Origin: Paraspadella gotoi
Taxonomy: Eukaryota > Animalia > Chaetognatha
Length of the DNA stretch: 64,000 nucleotides
Reading direction: 5' to 3'
NCBI GenBank assembly: GCA_051294375.1
Contig: JBJCIZ010000028.1
Span: forward strand, 1,839,053 to 1,903,052
The notes under the pieces are model-generated. The model made no database searches. It saw nothing but the letters and a program-made list of their open reading frames with translations, and was not told where the DNA came from. Below, piece by piece: positions 29,501 to 41,698 of this stretch. Position 1 is the first letter of the stretch. Every line of letters begins with the position of its first letter. A program made the position numbers and the translations under genes.

Positions 29501-31287
29501 GGGTCCAGGGCGGGAGATATTTGAGTTTCTTTTTATCATTTTTTTTTTAAGTGTTTGCCGGGACGGTTTAGCATACAGCCCTATCCTCCCTTCTGGAGAT
29601 ATGGGGCTTCTAAAATCTTGTTACAAGCACATAAATCATTGTTTAAAGGTTGGGCGTTACGAAGCTCCCCCCTCGCCCTGTTAAAACCACTGGAAGCTGT
29701 TTAAATATGGGTGCGATTAAATGTCACGTGATTTACTTACCCATTATCTGGCACAAGTAAGTAAGCTAATATTGCCGCCGCATTGTGTCAGTCTGAGCTT
29801 ATTTCTCAGTCGTCCAGCATCCTAAACAATATTACATGTGCTTATGATAAGATTAACGTGCCAAAAATGTACCTTTTGATTATAAATACCTAGGCTACAT
29901 TTTTTAATCTACATTTTTCCGCACAATTGTAAATAAATTATAATTATTTATCTTCATAATTTTTATTTTTCGTGACTTTATTTTACAAACCCAAACGAGA
30001 TCTGGCTCGTTGTCGAACCATGAAGGCCAGTGGTTTTCTCAGAAAATTTCATCTGACGGCGTTCAACGAAAACGGATTCTATTAAGTTAGTAATTCTCTA
30101 ACTTTGTATTTTCGTTGTCTGTCTCGCGTCCGTACTACGGCCAGACCAAATATGTTTTTTCGTTTTTGATTTTTTCGTTTGTCCTGTTGTCCGTAACTGC
30201 GGCCAGGACAAGTCTGCGTCCGTTTCTATACGGCCAGACATTTTTTATCATGTACAAGCAGTGCTATACATTGCTGGGCGCAGAAGCTTTTTTCACAATT
30301 TCCTATGTGCGACCGAGCCGTATCCATTCCTGAGGGTGTCGCAGATAGAAGTAAGAGTTCTTTTCTCGTTCTTTTGACAACGACCTTACACACGTCTAAC
30401 AGTATTATTTAGAGATTTATTTAAATAAACCAGTGAGCGTTTCTTCACATCGTGTGGTTTAATTTTTTCTGCAACTCTATTTACTATTTATATATATATT
30501 TTCATTTTTGTTCAGTATCTTAACACTTAAAACTCGTGCGATGCATGCGCGGTGTCTATCTTGACTCTTTTTCTGGGTATTTTTCTCTTAAAGTATAATC
30601 AGGCCTCCGCGTACCGGATAGGGCTGTGAGGCTGATGGGCTACACTATCTTTTACACCGATGCGCGCTCTTTTCTCTCGACAAGCCGTGTTTTTCCTTCT
30701 TCTCCTGTGCAGCTGAAAAAGCTCGATTCAATGATTTTTACTTATCTACTTTTCATTTTGATTAAAAGTTTTTATTTCCGTATTATTCTCCTTTTTCTGG
30801 CTATTTAAATTTCAGCTGAAGTTGATCTCTGCGTTACGCAAACTGTGGCGGGAGTAAAGGGTTGGGGATCTCCGAAATACGCGTGGATTCGTCATTTCCT
30901 CGTCAAAACGCCGAGTCCNNNNNNNNNNNNNNNNNNNNNNNNNCTCAGAATAACTATTGATATTAATTTGACTAAATTAATATGAAACAAAAAATAAAAT
31001 TAATTTAAAAAAGAAAATGTTATTATAACCAATCTTATGTAAGGTCTCGTCTCGGAGATTTATGAGCAAAAATGATAGGGGCAAGCTTCATTAATAACTG
31101 CGCTAGAGCAATATTGTAAAAAAATTTTTTACGGGTATGCTGAGCGCAATTTTTTTGAATTTTAAAATCCCTCTGTGGGGACACAAGCTACTTCTGCATC
31201 TATACTTGCATTAGCTGAGTGAGTTTGTCCAACTCAAGTTTGAGAGAATATCACTCTCCAGTTTTCGAGTAAAGAAAAAGTGTACTT

Positions 31288-31692
31288 ACCAAAAAAATTG
31301 GAAGACCGACGACGACGACGCGGATCGACGACGAAGACGACAAAAATGACAACGACGATGACAACAACAACGACAACGCATGAATATGACGACGACGAAG
31401 ACGACGGCGATGATGATGATGACGATGAAGATGACAACGACGACGACGATGAAAACAACAACACAATGACGACGAAACTACGACGATGAGATGACGACGA
31501 CGAAGTAACGACGACGATGACAATGCAATAACACAGACGAAACGATAGACGAGACGACGACGACACGATACGACGACGACGACATAACGACGACGACGAC
31601 GATAACGACATCTCTTCCACCAAAGACGAAGGAAATCAAAATTCGTTAACGATTCTCTTTTCCAGACAGGAGACGAGCGAGAGAGAGAAGAA

Positions 31693-31727
<35 letters not shown>

Positions 31728-31798
31728 GGAGAGAGGTCTAAGGCTCTTTTTTAAAACTAATATAATCTACCATAGTCTCAAGCTACCCGAGTTGTAGA

Positions 31799-31845
<47 letters not shown>

Positions 31846-31995
31846 TCTCTGCACTTGTATAGTGTATACTAAGTTTTTCTAGATCCAAATGATCGAGAGA
31901 TTTTGTGGTCAGGTTATTTATTCGTGGGAGACAGAGGGACCTTTGTGGATGGAGAAGAAAGACAGAGAGAGAGGAAGATAGATGGATAGAGAGAG

Positions 31996-32046
<51 letters not shown>

Positions 32047-32381
32047 GGGAAGGAAAAAATATGATTAAAATAAATAAATATATCCTGTTTATTTGGCAAT
32101 AAATACTATATTTTGCTGTGTATTATTTTAAATAAACGACCTAAAATATTCCTTATTGATAATATATAGTAATATTATAAAAATAATATAATAATAAATT
32201 TAGAGAGAGAGAAAAATAAAAAGACAGAATGAAGGAAGAAAGGACAGACAGAATAAAATGAAGAAAGGAGAGAAAAGAAGAAAAGATAGGAGGAAAGAAA
32301 GAGATGAAAAGATAAAGAGGAAAGAAAATAGGTAAGAAGAAGGAAAGAAAAAATGAATAGATAAAGAGAAGAGAAGATAGG
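31288..32381 (+). repeat. Direct duplicate of 17685-18779 (alternative haplotype or paralog), lacking the TG insertion
   Basis: Colinear from taccaaaaaaattggaagac to gaagatagg, with scattered indels. It lies just after a 25-N gap. Confidence 0.85.
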
Positions 32382-32586
32382 ATAGAAAGAAGAAAAAGGA
32401 GAAAAGAAGAGGAAGAAGAAATAAGGTAAGAAGAAGGAAAAGATGAGAAGTAGGCGAGAAGCAAGATAGTAAGAAGAAGGAAAGACCAAAAAAATAAAAA
32501 CACGGATTCGTGTTGATTTTGTTTCTTTTGGTCAGAGAAATTGGATTGGCACAAATGTCTGTTGCCTTCCTCTTCTCTCCTCTCTC

Positions 32587-32623
<37 letters not shown>

Positions 32624-35600
32624 TTAGAGAAGTTCCGTATTCTCTATGCCGCTCAAAGCAATATCAGTTGTCAGGAAAGTCTCGGCCTAAAATACCGCAC
32701 CACGACAAGGCATACCACATGACTAATCCTGTTAATACAATCTCGACGAAAATGTGAAGAAAATCGAAGCAAGACTAAAATATATTAAGAGAAATCGAAT
32801 AAATAATACAATAATAAAATTAGGTATAAAGTTGACATAGTAAAAGCCAGAGTGTAAATGCCGTAGGAAAATGGTTAAAATACCGAGGGAAGTTAGTCCA
32901 AGCAAGCGGAATATATCAAACTGAATTCGTGATCCAAAGTCTGACTGAGGTTGACCGGGGGAGAAGAGGAGCGAGCTAGAGAGAGATATCTCAGTCTCTC
33001 TCGGTCCACAAACTATCTGTGGCCACTGGTTCTACTTCAGTCTCTCTCTCTCTCTCTCTCTCTCTTTCTTCCCTTCTTGTCCTTTATTCTCATTTGCCTA
33101 CGGAAGTAAAATGTATCATAGTAAATGTTTCTAACATATTTAATAACATTTAATAACATTTAATAACATGTTTAATAATGGCGTTCACCCTTTTACTACA
33201 CTTTGTCCTTTCGGCACAGCTCATGACTACCAGCTAATATGTTACCGGCTTCAAACCCAACCCGGTACCTGCCCTACGGGAAGCCCGAGGACAGCTTGAA
33301 ACCGCCCTGAAGGCGTAAGAAATTCCCCAGCCAGGTTCTAAGATCAGTACCCCTTTCTATGGCTGCTACTAGATGAAGGCGTTTAAGAATTAGCGAAAAG
33401 TAATTAGTAGAGCTTAGAAAAAGTTACATACGAAAAATTCTAAATGTCAATTATTAACAACATACCATCAGTGTACATTAATTTGTTAAAAAAAAAAATT
33501 TTATGTTCTTCAATTCTCGCATTAGGCTAAATTTCAAAATAGGATTTTCTTAATTTTGATTACAGATTTTAATTCCTCGTCAAAAGTTGATAAAAGAAAA
33601 TATAAATCATTTTTAAAAATTCTTCGTTAAGTGGGTTAAAAATATAAAAAACTATATTTAATATGTAAGATTTTAATTTTCAGCTTAAAATATAGTTTTT
33701 TTTTATTTGACCAACTTAATAAAAGGATTTTTAAAAAAGAGTTATATTTCTTTTTATCAACTTTTCATGACGAATCCAAATCTGCAAAAAAAAAATCATA
33801 CAAAAAATATTTTGAAATTTTAACATTTATTGGATTAGTACTATGTATAAATATGGCCGACTGCGTAAATTGTAAAATTTATTATAAATTTTTTATACAT
33901 AAATGTTCATTAGTATAATGTTGTTCGTTCTTCACTTTTAGAATTTTAATTAAAGTTAAATTTATAATTTTTACTACGATTTAGTCATTAGTCATTAGTC
34001 ATCTTAGGCCCCCTAAGCAACATATTTAGTTTATTTACTCGGCACTATTTTCCGAGAATGCTCCATTTGAATACCAAATCCTAAAACTTAATTTTAACTT
34101 TATTATCTAAATTTTTTAAATTTTTTAACTTTAACTTAACTTTAACTTTTTAAGTTTTTAACTTTTTTTAAAACTTATCCCTAATTGTTAACCCTAACCC
34201 CTAATCCGAAACCTTAATCCCTAATTTAAGATTGAAACGGGTCTTTCTTGGAAAATAAGGTCAAAACCTCTTTCACGCGATCTAGCGAACCTCACCTTGG
34301 ATTCACTTACCTTAAAATCCGACGGAGGAAAAGTCGTTGAAAGACTGAAGCAAGTATATGATTTGAAGAAGCCGGTTCGGTAAGTTTGAAGAACGGCTCG
34401 GTGAGTTTGAAGAAGCGGTCGGTAAGTTTGAAGAAGCGGTGTTGATAAGTTTGAAGAAGCGGTCAGGTAAGTTTGAAAAGCGGTCGGTAAGTTTGAAGAA
34501 GCGGTTCGGTAAGTTTGAAGAAGCGGTCGGTAAGTTTGAAAAAGCGGTCAGGTAAGTTTGAAGAAGCGGTCGGTAAGTTTTGAAGAAGCGGCGGTAAGTT
34601 TGAACGAAGCGCGTGGTCCGTGAGTTTGAAGAAGCGGTCGGTAAGTTTGAAGAAGCGGCTCAGTACAAGTTTGAAGAAGCGGTCGTAAGTTTGAAGAAGT
34701 CTGTAAGTTAAGCGCCGGTAAGTTTGAAAGAAGAGGTCGGTAGGTTGATGAAGCGTGGTAAGTTTGAAGAACGAGTTGGTAAGTTTGATGAAGCGTTGGT
34801 AAGTTTTGAAGAAGCGTCGGTGAGGTTTGAAGAAGCGGTTGGTAAGTTTGAAGAAGCGTTGGTAAGTTTGAAGAAGCGGTCGGTAAGTTTGAAAGAAGCG
34901 GTCGGTGAGTTTGAAGAAGCGGTTGGTAAGTTTGAAAGAAGGCGGTCGGTAGAGTTTGAAGAAGCGGTCGGTAAGTTTGAAGAAGCGGTCGGTAAGTTTG
35001 AAGAAGCAGTCGTAGTGTTGAAGAAGCGGCGGTAAGTTTGAAGAAGCGTTGGTAAGTTTGAAGAAAGCGGTCGGTAAGTTTGAAGAAGCGTCGGTAAGTT
35101 TGAAGAAGCGGTGCGGTAAGTTTGAAGAAGAGGTCGGTAAGTTTGATGAAGCGGATTGGTAAGTTTGAAGAAGAGGTTGGTAAGTTGATAGTGAAGCGGT
35201 TGGTTAAGTTTGAAAAAGAAGCGGTGGTAGTTTAGAAGCGGTTGGTTTGAAGTTGGCGGTTTAGAAGAAGCGGTTGGTAAGTTTGAAGAGCGGTCGGTAA
35301 GTTTGAAGAAGCGGTCGTGTGAAGTTTGAAGAAGCGGTCGGTAAGTTTGAGAAGCGGTCGGTAAGTTTGAAGAACGGGTCGGAAGGAAGAACGGTCGGTA
35401 AGTTTGAAGAAGCGGTCGGGTAAGTTGAATGAAGAAGCGGTTGTAAGTTTGAAGAAGCGGTCGGTAAGTTTGAAGAAGCGTCGGTAAGTTTGTAAGAAGC
35501 GGGCTAGTTGCTAAAGTTGGTAAGTTTGAAGAAGCGGTTGGTAAGTTTGGACGTGAAGTTTGAAAAGCGGTGGTAAGTTTGAGAAGCGGTTGGTAAGTGT

Positions 35601-36042
35601 TGAAAGAAGCGGTTGGTAAGTTTGAGAAGAAGCGGGTGGTAAGTTTTGAAGAAGCGGTCGGTAAGTTTGAAGAAGCGGTCGGTAAGTTTGAAGAAGTGGT
35701 CGGTTAAGCGTTCTGTAAGGACGATTCGGCGAGGTAGTGAGAGAGCTCTGTCTCTCCGTCTAATAATGGCGTTTGGAAGTTTATGTTTAATTCGTAAATG
35801 GAATCATTTATGAACGAAATTTAGTTTTGTTTATTTTGAAAAAAAGTTTAATTTTAGGAAGTAGGTGAGTAGATTACACATAAGGAATTGAATATTTTTA
35901 TTATGAGCGGAAATGAGTAAAATATATTTGACCCGAAAAAACCTAAGATACAAAAATGAACAATTTTTTTTGTACAATGAAAAGTTAATAGAAATTGGGG
36001 ATGTGCATCGTTTCTAAACTATTGAGTATTTGCTTGTATTCT

Positions 36043-36107
<65 letters not shown>

Positions 36108-37688
36108 TTTTTTTAGAAAAATCTGTTTTTCCCGTAACAAACAAACTATTTCTATAGGGCTGCGCATCGTTCGAATCGAAGTTCCGATCAAGATTCCTTT
36201 ATATTTCACTTCTATTCAAAAACTGCATAGTCAAGGCCCATACAAATTATATCAATATGGGTAGATTTCGAAAGCTTGGCGTCTTGGGAAGCCAACGGAG
36301 GTAGAGCGCGATCGAAATACCCATTTTATCATGCCCAAAAATGGTATTTAAATGAACTGGTCAGACCGTTTTTTCCCTTTTCCCAAAAAACCTGCTTGAT
36401 CTTTTGTAAAATAGAACAAATCATACATATCAGTAGGGTTTGGATAGCTTATTGTCTTCTCTACTAGATAAAAAAAGAAAAGTTTAAATTCTTGCAATCT
36501 GAATGCTTGATAAAGCAATCAAATGAACTGGTTTTTTAGGTGAAAACTGCATAGTCAAGCCTTCAATTTTTTTTGTTCTAAGACCATCGAAAGAAACTGT
36601 ATTTGTTTTTACTATCTGTTTCAGGTAGAGCGCGGGGTAAATTTAGAGAGTTTATATTAAATTTAGAGCAAATAGAAAGGATATCAAGTTTTTGCACGCT
36701 AAAAGCTTTTTTTAAGCGCGTTCCGTCTGTATTGAAAATGGTTGACGTAGGTTATCCAATGAGGACATCAATTAAAAATAAGCATTGATTCATGCGCGAT
36801 CCGGCCAGGATAAATACCATATTTCAACATGGCTTTACCGTATTTTTACGTTTTAGAACGCAGTCTGTATGAATGTTTTGAATTTCACGCCTGTGATATA
36901 GGCGTTTCTAGGCATCGTTTGTCCCTTGTTAGTTCTCTTATCTTATCTCTTGAAGAGACATTAATTACTTGTTTATGTGATAGTGACAAAACCGTTCAAT
37001 AAAATCTTAAAAGCAATAGGGATCGCAGCCTACTTTTAATGATAACCAAATATTGATGCGATGATAACCAAATATTGATGCGAAGATAACCGAGGATTGT
37101 GGATGCTGTTTACGTTAATAATGATTCAATATATTACGAGGAAATTCCATGCTTCCTCTACCTTTTCCCAAACTGATCTTTTGTTCCCTCTACTAACGCA
37201 GGGATATTCCGTTTCCTCTGGCGATCACAGCGACACTGTAGTTTCGATTATGTATTAAAGTATATACTTAAGTACAAGTTTCCGAGGCAGTCGCGTGGCG
37301 GCTCTGATTTGGTTGCCGCTGTTCGTCGATAGAATCTCTCTCTTGTGTTGTTGNNNNNNNNNNNNNNNNNNNNNNNNNNNNNNNNNNNNNNNNNNNNNNN
37401 AAGCAATTAAACAATCAAAATTATCTTCAATATTTCATCAATTTTCAGCAACAACGCGTATCCCATAACGACCAAAGTTCCGTTACGACTTAGAAGATCA
37501 AATCTTTCTTTTTTTTTGTGTCGTAGACTGAAAAGCACGAACGGGTTGCACCATGAGTCCACACCGAACCGTAGATATCGAAAAAGAAAATTGACCCGTT
37601 CCAGAATTTGGTAGAAAAAAAAATGAGAAAAACCAAGACAAGAATAAAAAATCTATCAATGACACGAAATTTGCAACGAGATTCCATG
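32624..37688 (-). CDS. Probable mucin-like single-pass membrane protein; exons ~37688-37440, 35759-34311, ~32975-32884, ~32774-32624
   Basis: Signal-like start MESRCKFRVIDRFFILVLVFLIFFS. A 1.45-kb exon bounded by ttag|acg and aag|GTAAGT reads DGETELSHYLAESSLQNA*PT(ASSNLPT)n..STTFPPSDFK. Downstream exons give hydrophobic segments and a tail ..TDIALSGIENTELL*. Frames are broken by indels and exon linkage is inferred. Confidence 0.45.
33185..33402 (-). ncRNA. Diverged copy of the structured element at 54183-54459
   Basis: Minus strand aligns colinearly: tagcagccatagaa..gaacctggct..ggcggtttcaagctgtcctc..ttcccgtagggcaggtaccggg..catgagctg..gccgaaagga. Confidence 0.55.
33405..33980. mobile_element. 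Fold-back MITE, same family as 6264-6878
   Basis: Colinear similarity with 6280-6866 (aacataccatcagtg, aaaagttgataaaagaaaatataaatc, gacgaatccaaatctgc, actgcgtaaattgt). Confidence 0.75.
34040..34263. mobile_element. CGG-terminal MITE, same family as 16233-16582
   Basis: Ends cggcactattttccgagaatg / cttggaaaataaggtc, with internal taaccctaaccc. Confidence 0.65.
34362..35706. repeat. 21-bp tandem array GGTAAGTTTGAAGAAGCGGTC, roughly 60 units
   Basis: Directly visible. The unit is a multiple of 3 and stop-free in all three minus frames. Recurrent variants ggtt/ggtc and gatgaa/gaagaa are synonymous in the minus ASSNLPT frame. Confidence 0.95.
37107..37353 (+). mobile_element. Second, diverged copy of the TG terminus seen at 18780; truncated by a gap
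   Basis: tgtttacg..aataa..cgag.aaa.tcca..ctaccttttccc..cgaca..tatact(t)taagtaca..tttccgaggcagt..ttggt.gcc is shared with 18780-18980. Confidence 0.65.
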
Positions 37689-38280
37689 AGATAAAAAAAA
37701 ACGACCTTTTTCTTTATTTCTGGTTCCATTATGATTTTTCAGATGTCCCGTTTCGGAATCCGGTCCCGCAAATATTTCGTGCGAGGTTGCAACAGTTATT
37801 CATTTTTATTATTCTTTAGAAATTTATGTGGTATTTTTATTTTAGTACAGATCGGGTTTTTTTGAATTTTTTTCTCTCTGGGTACGTTCTTTATTTTTTT
37901 ATTTTCTGCGATTAGCCTAAAGCTAATCCTATTAACTTAAACTAGGTTAAAGAAAAACTAAATATTTTAAACGATTTTATATCTAAACCAGCGTATTTAA
38001 TAATGCAAACAAATCGATCAATTAATGGATGATTGATTGATTTAATGATTGGGAGAGATAATAGTAATTTTAATATTAACAATAGTATTAATAGTAATAA
38101 TAGTAATAATAATAATAATAATAGTAACTGATTTCTGAACTTCTTTAGCCCCCGAGCCAAAATGGAACGGGTCCTGCCGAGGGCCAATGCTTTTAGCGAC
38201 ACTTTGATTCACTCGAAGACTTTTTATTTGTGCACAAATAGAACAAAAAATCAGGAATGAGATTAAAAGCGCGAAAAGTG

Positions 38281-38660
38281 AGATAGAAAGATAAAAGGAG
38301 AGAAGGAGGAAAGGAAAGAAAGATAGTCGAAAGTAAAGGAGGAGAGTGAGAAAGATAGAAAGATAGAAGGGAATAGAGAAGGAGGGATAGAAAGAAGGAG
38401 AGAAGGAAAAGAGGAAAGGAAAGAAAGATAGTCGAAAGAAAAGGAGGAGAGTGAGAAAGATAGAAAGATAGAAGGGAATAGATAAGGAGGGATAGAAAAA
38501 AGGAGAGAAGGAAAAGAGGAAAGGAAAGAAAGATAGTCGAAAGAAAAGGAGGAGAGTGAGGAAGATAGAAAGATAGAAGGGAATAGAGAAGGAGGGATAG
38601 AAAGAAGGAAAGAAGGAAAAGAGGAAAGGAAAGAAAGATGGTCGAAAGAAAAGGAGGAGA
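38281..38660. repeat. 105-bp purine-rich tandem repeat (inverted copy at ~44805-45310)
   Basis: gtcgaaag recurs at 38326, 38431, 38536 and 38641. It produces spurious F/L/S-rich ORFs. Confidence 0.85.
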
Positions 38661-38845
38661 AAAATTATTAATTTAATATGTAATAATTTAATTTGTAAAT
38701 TTATATTCAACTTATCATCATCGATGTCCTTAAAATTTGGGTATAGGGACAGTTATTAAATATGTTATTGGTTTACATTTTTATAAACAAAACGATATCC
38801 TCTATTTTATTTTTATGTCTCCTTCTCTCTTCTCCTCTCTCTCAC

Positions 38846-38886
<41 letters not shown>

Positions 38887-39517
38887 TACTGCCAAATTGC
38901 GACGATCTTTATGCTTTTCAGATTTTTTTTAAACTTGCATCATTTTCACAATAATTTCCCATTAATTTAATTTCATTAATTAATTAAAACATTATTAGTA
39001 ATCCATTAATATTAAAGCATTTCAAGTAAATTTGACTTATGTTTTTTTCCCATCTAAACACATTTTCCCCTGGCACAATTCACGTCAATACTTTATATAT
39101 TATTAATTATTAATAAATATTTAAAAGCTTCAGGCAAACAACCCCAATTGAAATAATTCAAAAAGTTATATGGAAAATCCGATTTAGTAGTAAAAGGAAA
39201 AAAAAAATTTAAAGAGACTTAGAAGTTATTAAAAAAGTGTTCAATTTGGCCCCGCCCTTATCTTAGATATTAGGCCTTACTAGATATATTGCATCGTTTT
39301 GATTAAAACAATGTGTATCGAATAATTAATTAATCAATTTTGTATTTTGTAAGTATTTTAAGTATTTTATTCAGTGGAGTAAAAATAAACAACTTTTTAT
39401 TCGCTAATTTTTATCTCGGACTCTCTCTCTTTCTATCTTTCTCTCCCTCTCACTCTCTCTCTCTCTCTTCTCCTCTCTCTTTGCAATTTGCGAACCGTCT
39501 TTATGCTCATTTTACTG

Positions 39518-39569
<52 letters not shown>

Positions 39570-39649
39570 CTCTCTCTTTTGCAAATTGCCGACGATTTAT
39601 GCTTTTAGATTTTTTTAACTTGTATCATTTTTCTGCTTCAAGTTAAATG

Positions 39650-40760
39650 TTGACTTAGGTTTTTTCCATTTAAAACTCATTTCCACTGGCACAATTCCCG
39701 TCCAAAACTTTTATATCCTAGCTTTTTTCACACACTTTCCTACCCGCTCACAAAAATTTCATCTCAAAATCTATTATGGCGTTAAAAAAGTTAAAAAAGA
39801 TTTCAAGTAATGGACTCAATTTTTTCATTTTAACTCATTTCCACCGTACGTTTCCACCGAAACTTGTATATCAAGCATCCGATACACATTTTTCTACCCC
39901 ACACAAAAAATTTGAAACTCAACTATCCATCCAATTATGATTATTAGCGAGTACTTTTATGCGTTAAAATAATGTAAAAAGATTTAGGGTAAATGCGCAC
40001 TTTATGTTTTTTCCACTTAAACTCATTTCCCCACTCACACGATTCCGTCGAAACGTTTATATCCAGCTTTATCACACCACTTTCCTACCCACCACACAAA
40101 AATTTCATTTTCAATCCAACCAGGCCAATCACGAGTTATTGGAGCTTTTTGCTAAGGTGGACGCGCCTGACGGATGACGGATTTGATGACTGATTAATTA
40201 ATTATTGATTAATTAATTGACTAATTGATTAATAACTGATTTAATTATTTGACTTATTAATACATCCTGCATATACATTTAATATTAAAGGAAAAAGAAG
40301 CATAATCAATTAGTGAAACAGGTTTTGTTTTTTTCCATTTAAACTCATTTCCACTCAAAAAGATTCCATTCGAAATCTTGGTTTCCTGTTTAATCACCAC
40401 ACTTTCTACTTTCACATACACTAATTCCAGGTTTCATCGATATTTACAGTTGGTGAATAAGCTATCTTCGGTCAAACTTGCATAATTTAATTCAACTTGA
40501 CATAATTTGGGTCAATACATATTTGCGTTCAACTGACATATTTGGTCTACTGACATAATTTGGTTCAACTGACATAATTTGCGTCAACTGACATAATTTG
40601 ATCAGATTAAGATAAATTTGGTCAACCGGCCATATTTGGTTAACTTGGCATAATTTTTATCAACTAGCCTAATTTTGCGTCAACAGGCCATTAATTTTCG
40701 GTTCAACTTGCAAAAACTTGAGTTAACTTTGCAGAATTTGCCGTCAACTGCATAATTTGG

Positions 40761-40798
<38 letters not shown>

Positions 40799-41540
40799 TC
40801 AGAGAGGAGAGAGAGAGAGAAACTTTAAAAAATTCAAATAAAGTGTCTTTTGGTTTCTAATTTGAACTCTTTTCCACTCCTACGATTCCATCAAAAATTT
40901 TTATCCACTTTATTTCAACATACTTTCCTACCCACACACAAAATTCAATTTCGATTATCATCCCAATTTTTAATATAAACAAATAATTATGAGTAAATTT
41001 AAGTTAAAAAATACTTCAAGTAATATGACTTTTGTTTTTCCATTTTAACTCATTTTTCCACTCGCACGATTCCATCGAAACTTTAATCGAGCTCAAATCA
41101 CACACTTTCCTACCACCATACAAAATTTCAAGTCAATTGCACTATTCCACTCATGAGAATTGGCGTTCAAATAGTGAAATATATTTTTTGTTTCCATTTT
41201 TTAAACCAATTTCCACTCGCCACGATTCCCTTCGAAACTCATATCCATCTCAATCACACAGTTTCATACCCACAGACACAAAAATTTCATACCAATCCAC
41301 TCCATCAATTCACGGCCGTAATTGGAGTTTTTTGCTAAGGCATGGGACGACGGACGACGGACGGACGGACGATATGGACAGACGTGACGGACGGACATCA
41401 ATTGCCTTTTGCATAATTTATCACTACGATGTTTCTGACATGATATAAGTGTGTTGCCCGACAATTATTGAGGGGCGTACCGACGACCGAAAGCTGAGTT
41501 ATAGAGTCGGGATCTTCTATAAAGCAGATCCGACTAAAAA
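39650..41540 (+). mobile_element. HINE/DINE-like element with ~160-bp tandem units and an internal 18-bp array
   Basis: Same units and the same terminal hairpin (gtcgggatct..agatccgac-taaaaa) as 11920-12427. The inverted duplicate of its flank at ~49340 lacks the element at the A/T tract. Confidence 0.65.
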
Positions 41541-41652
41541 AGAGTATTTTTTTTCTTTGTCGCCGAAATAATTTCGTAAAAAGATCGCCGACCGTAATCG
41601 AAGCGCCGCACGATATTTATCCCTGATAAGTATCTCTTTATTCTCTCTCTCA

Positions 41653-41698
<46 letters not shown>

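Larger units (their letters stand above)
18780..30918 (+). mobile_element. Large TG-terminated insertion of unknown class, possibly >=12 kb; right end not seen before the gap
   Basis: Junction gaagatagg|TGTTACG at 18779/18780, versus uninterrupted gaagatagg|atagaaag in the duplicate at 32381. A homologous terminus starts at the same position at 37107. Much of the interior is CpG-rich, lacks the host (AG)n microsatellites and carries decayed ORFs. Confidence 0.55.

Noticed and set aside
34362-35706. CRISPR array, or a plus-strand TPR-like (GKFEEAV)n protein
   Set aside because: There are no unique spacers, only a simple 21-bp tandem repeat in a eukaryote. The flanking splice sites and variant pattern favour the minus strand.
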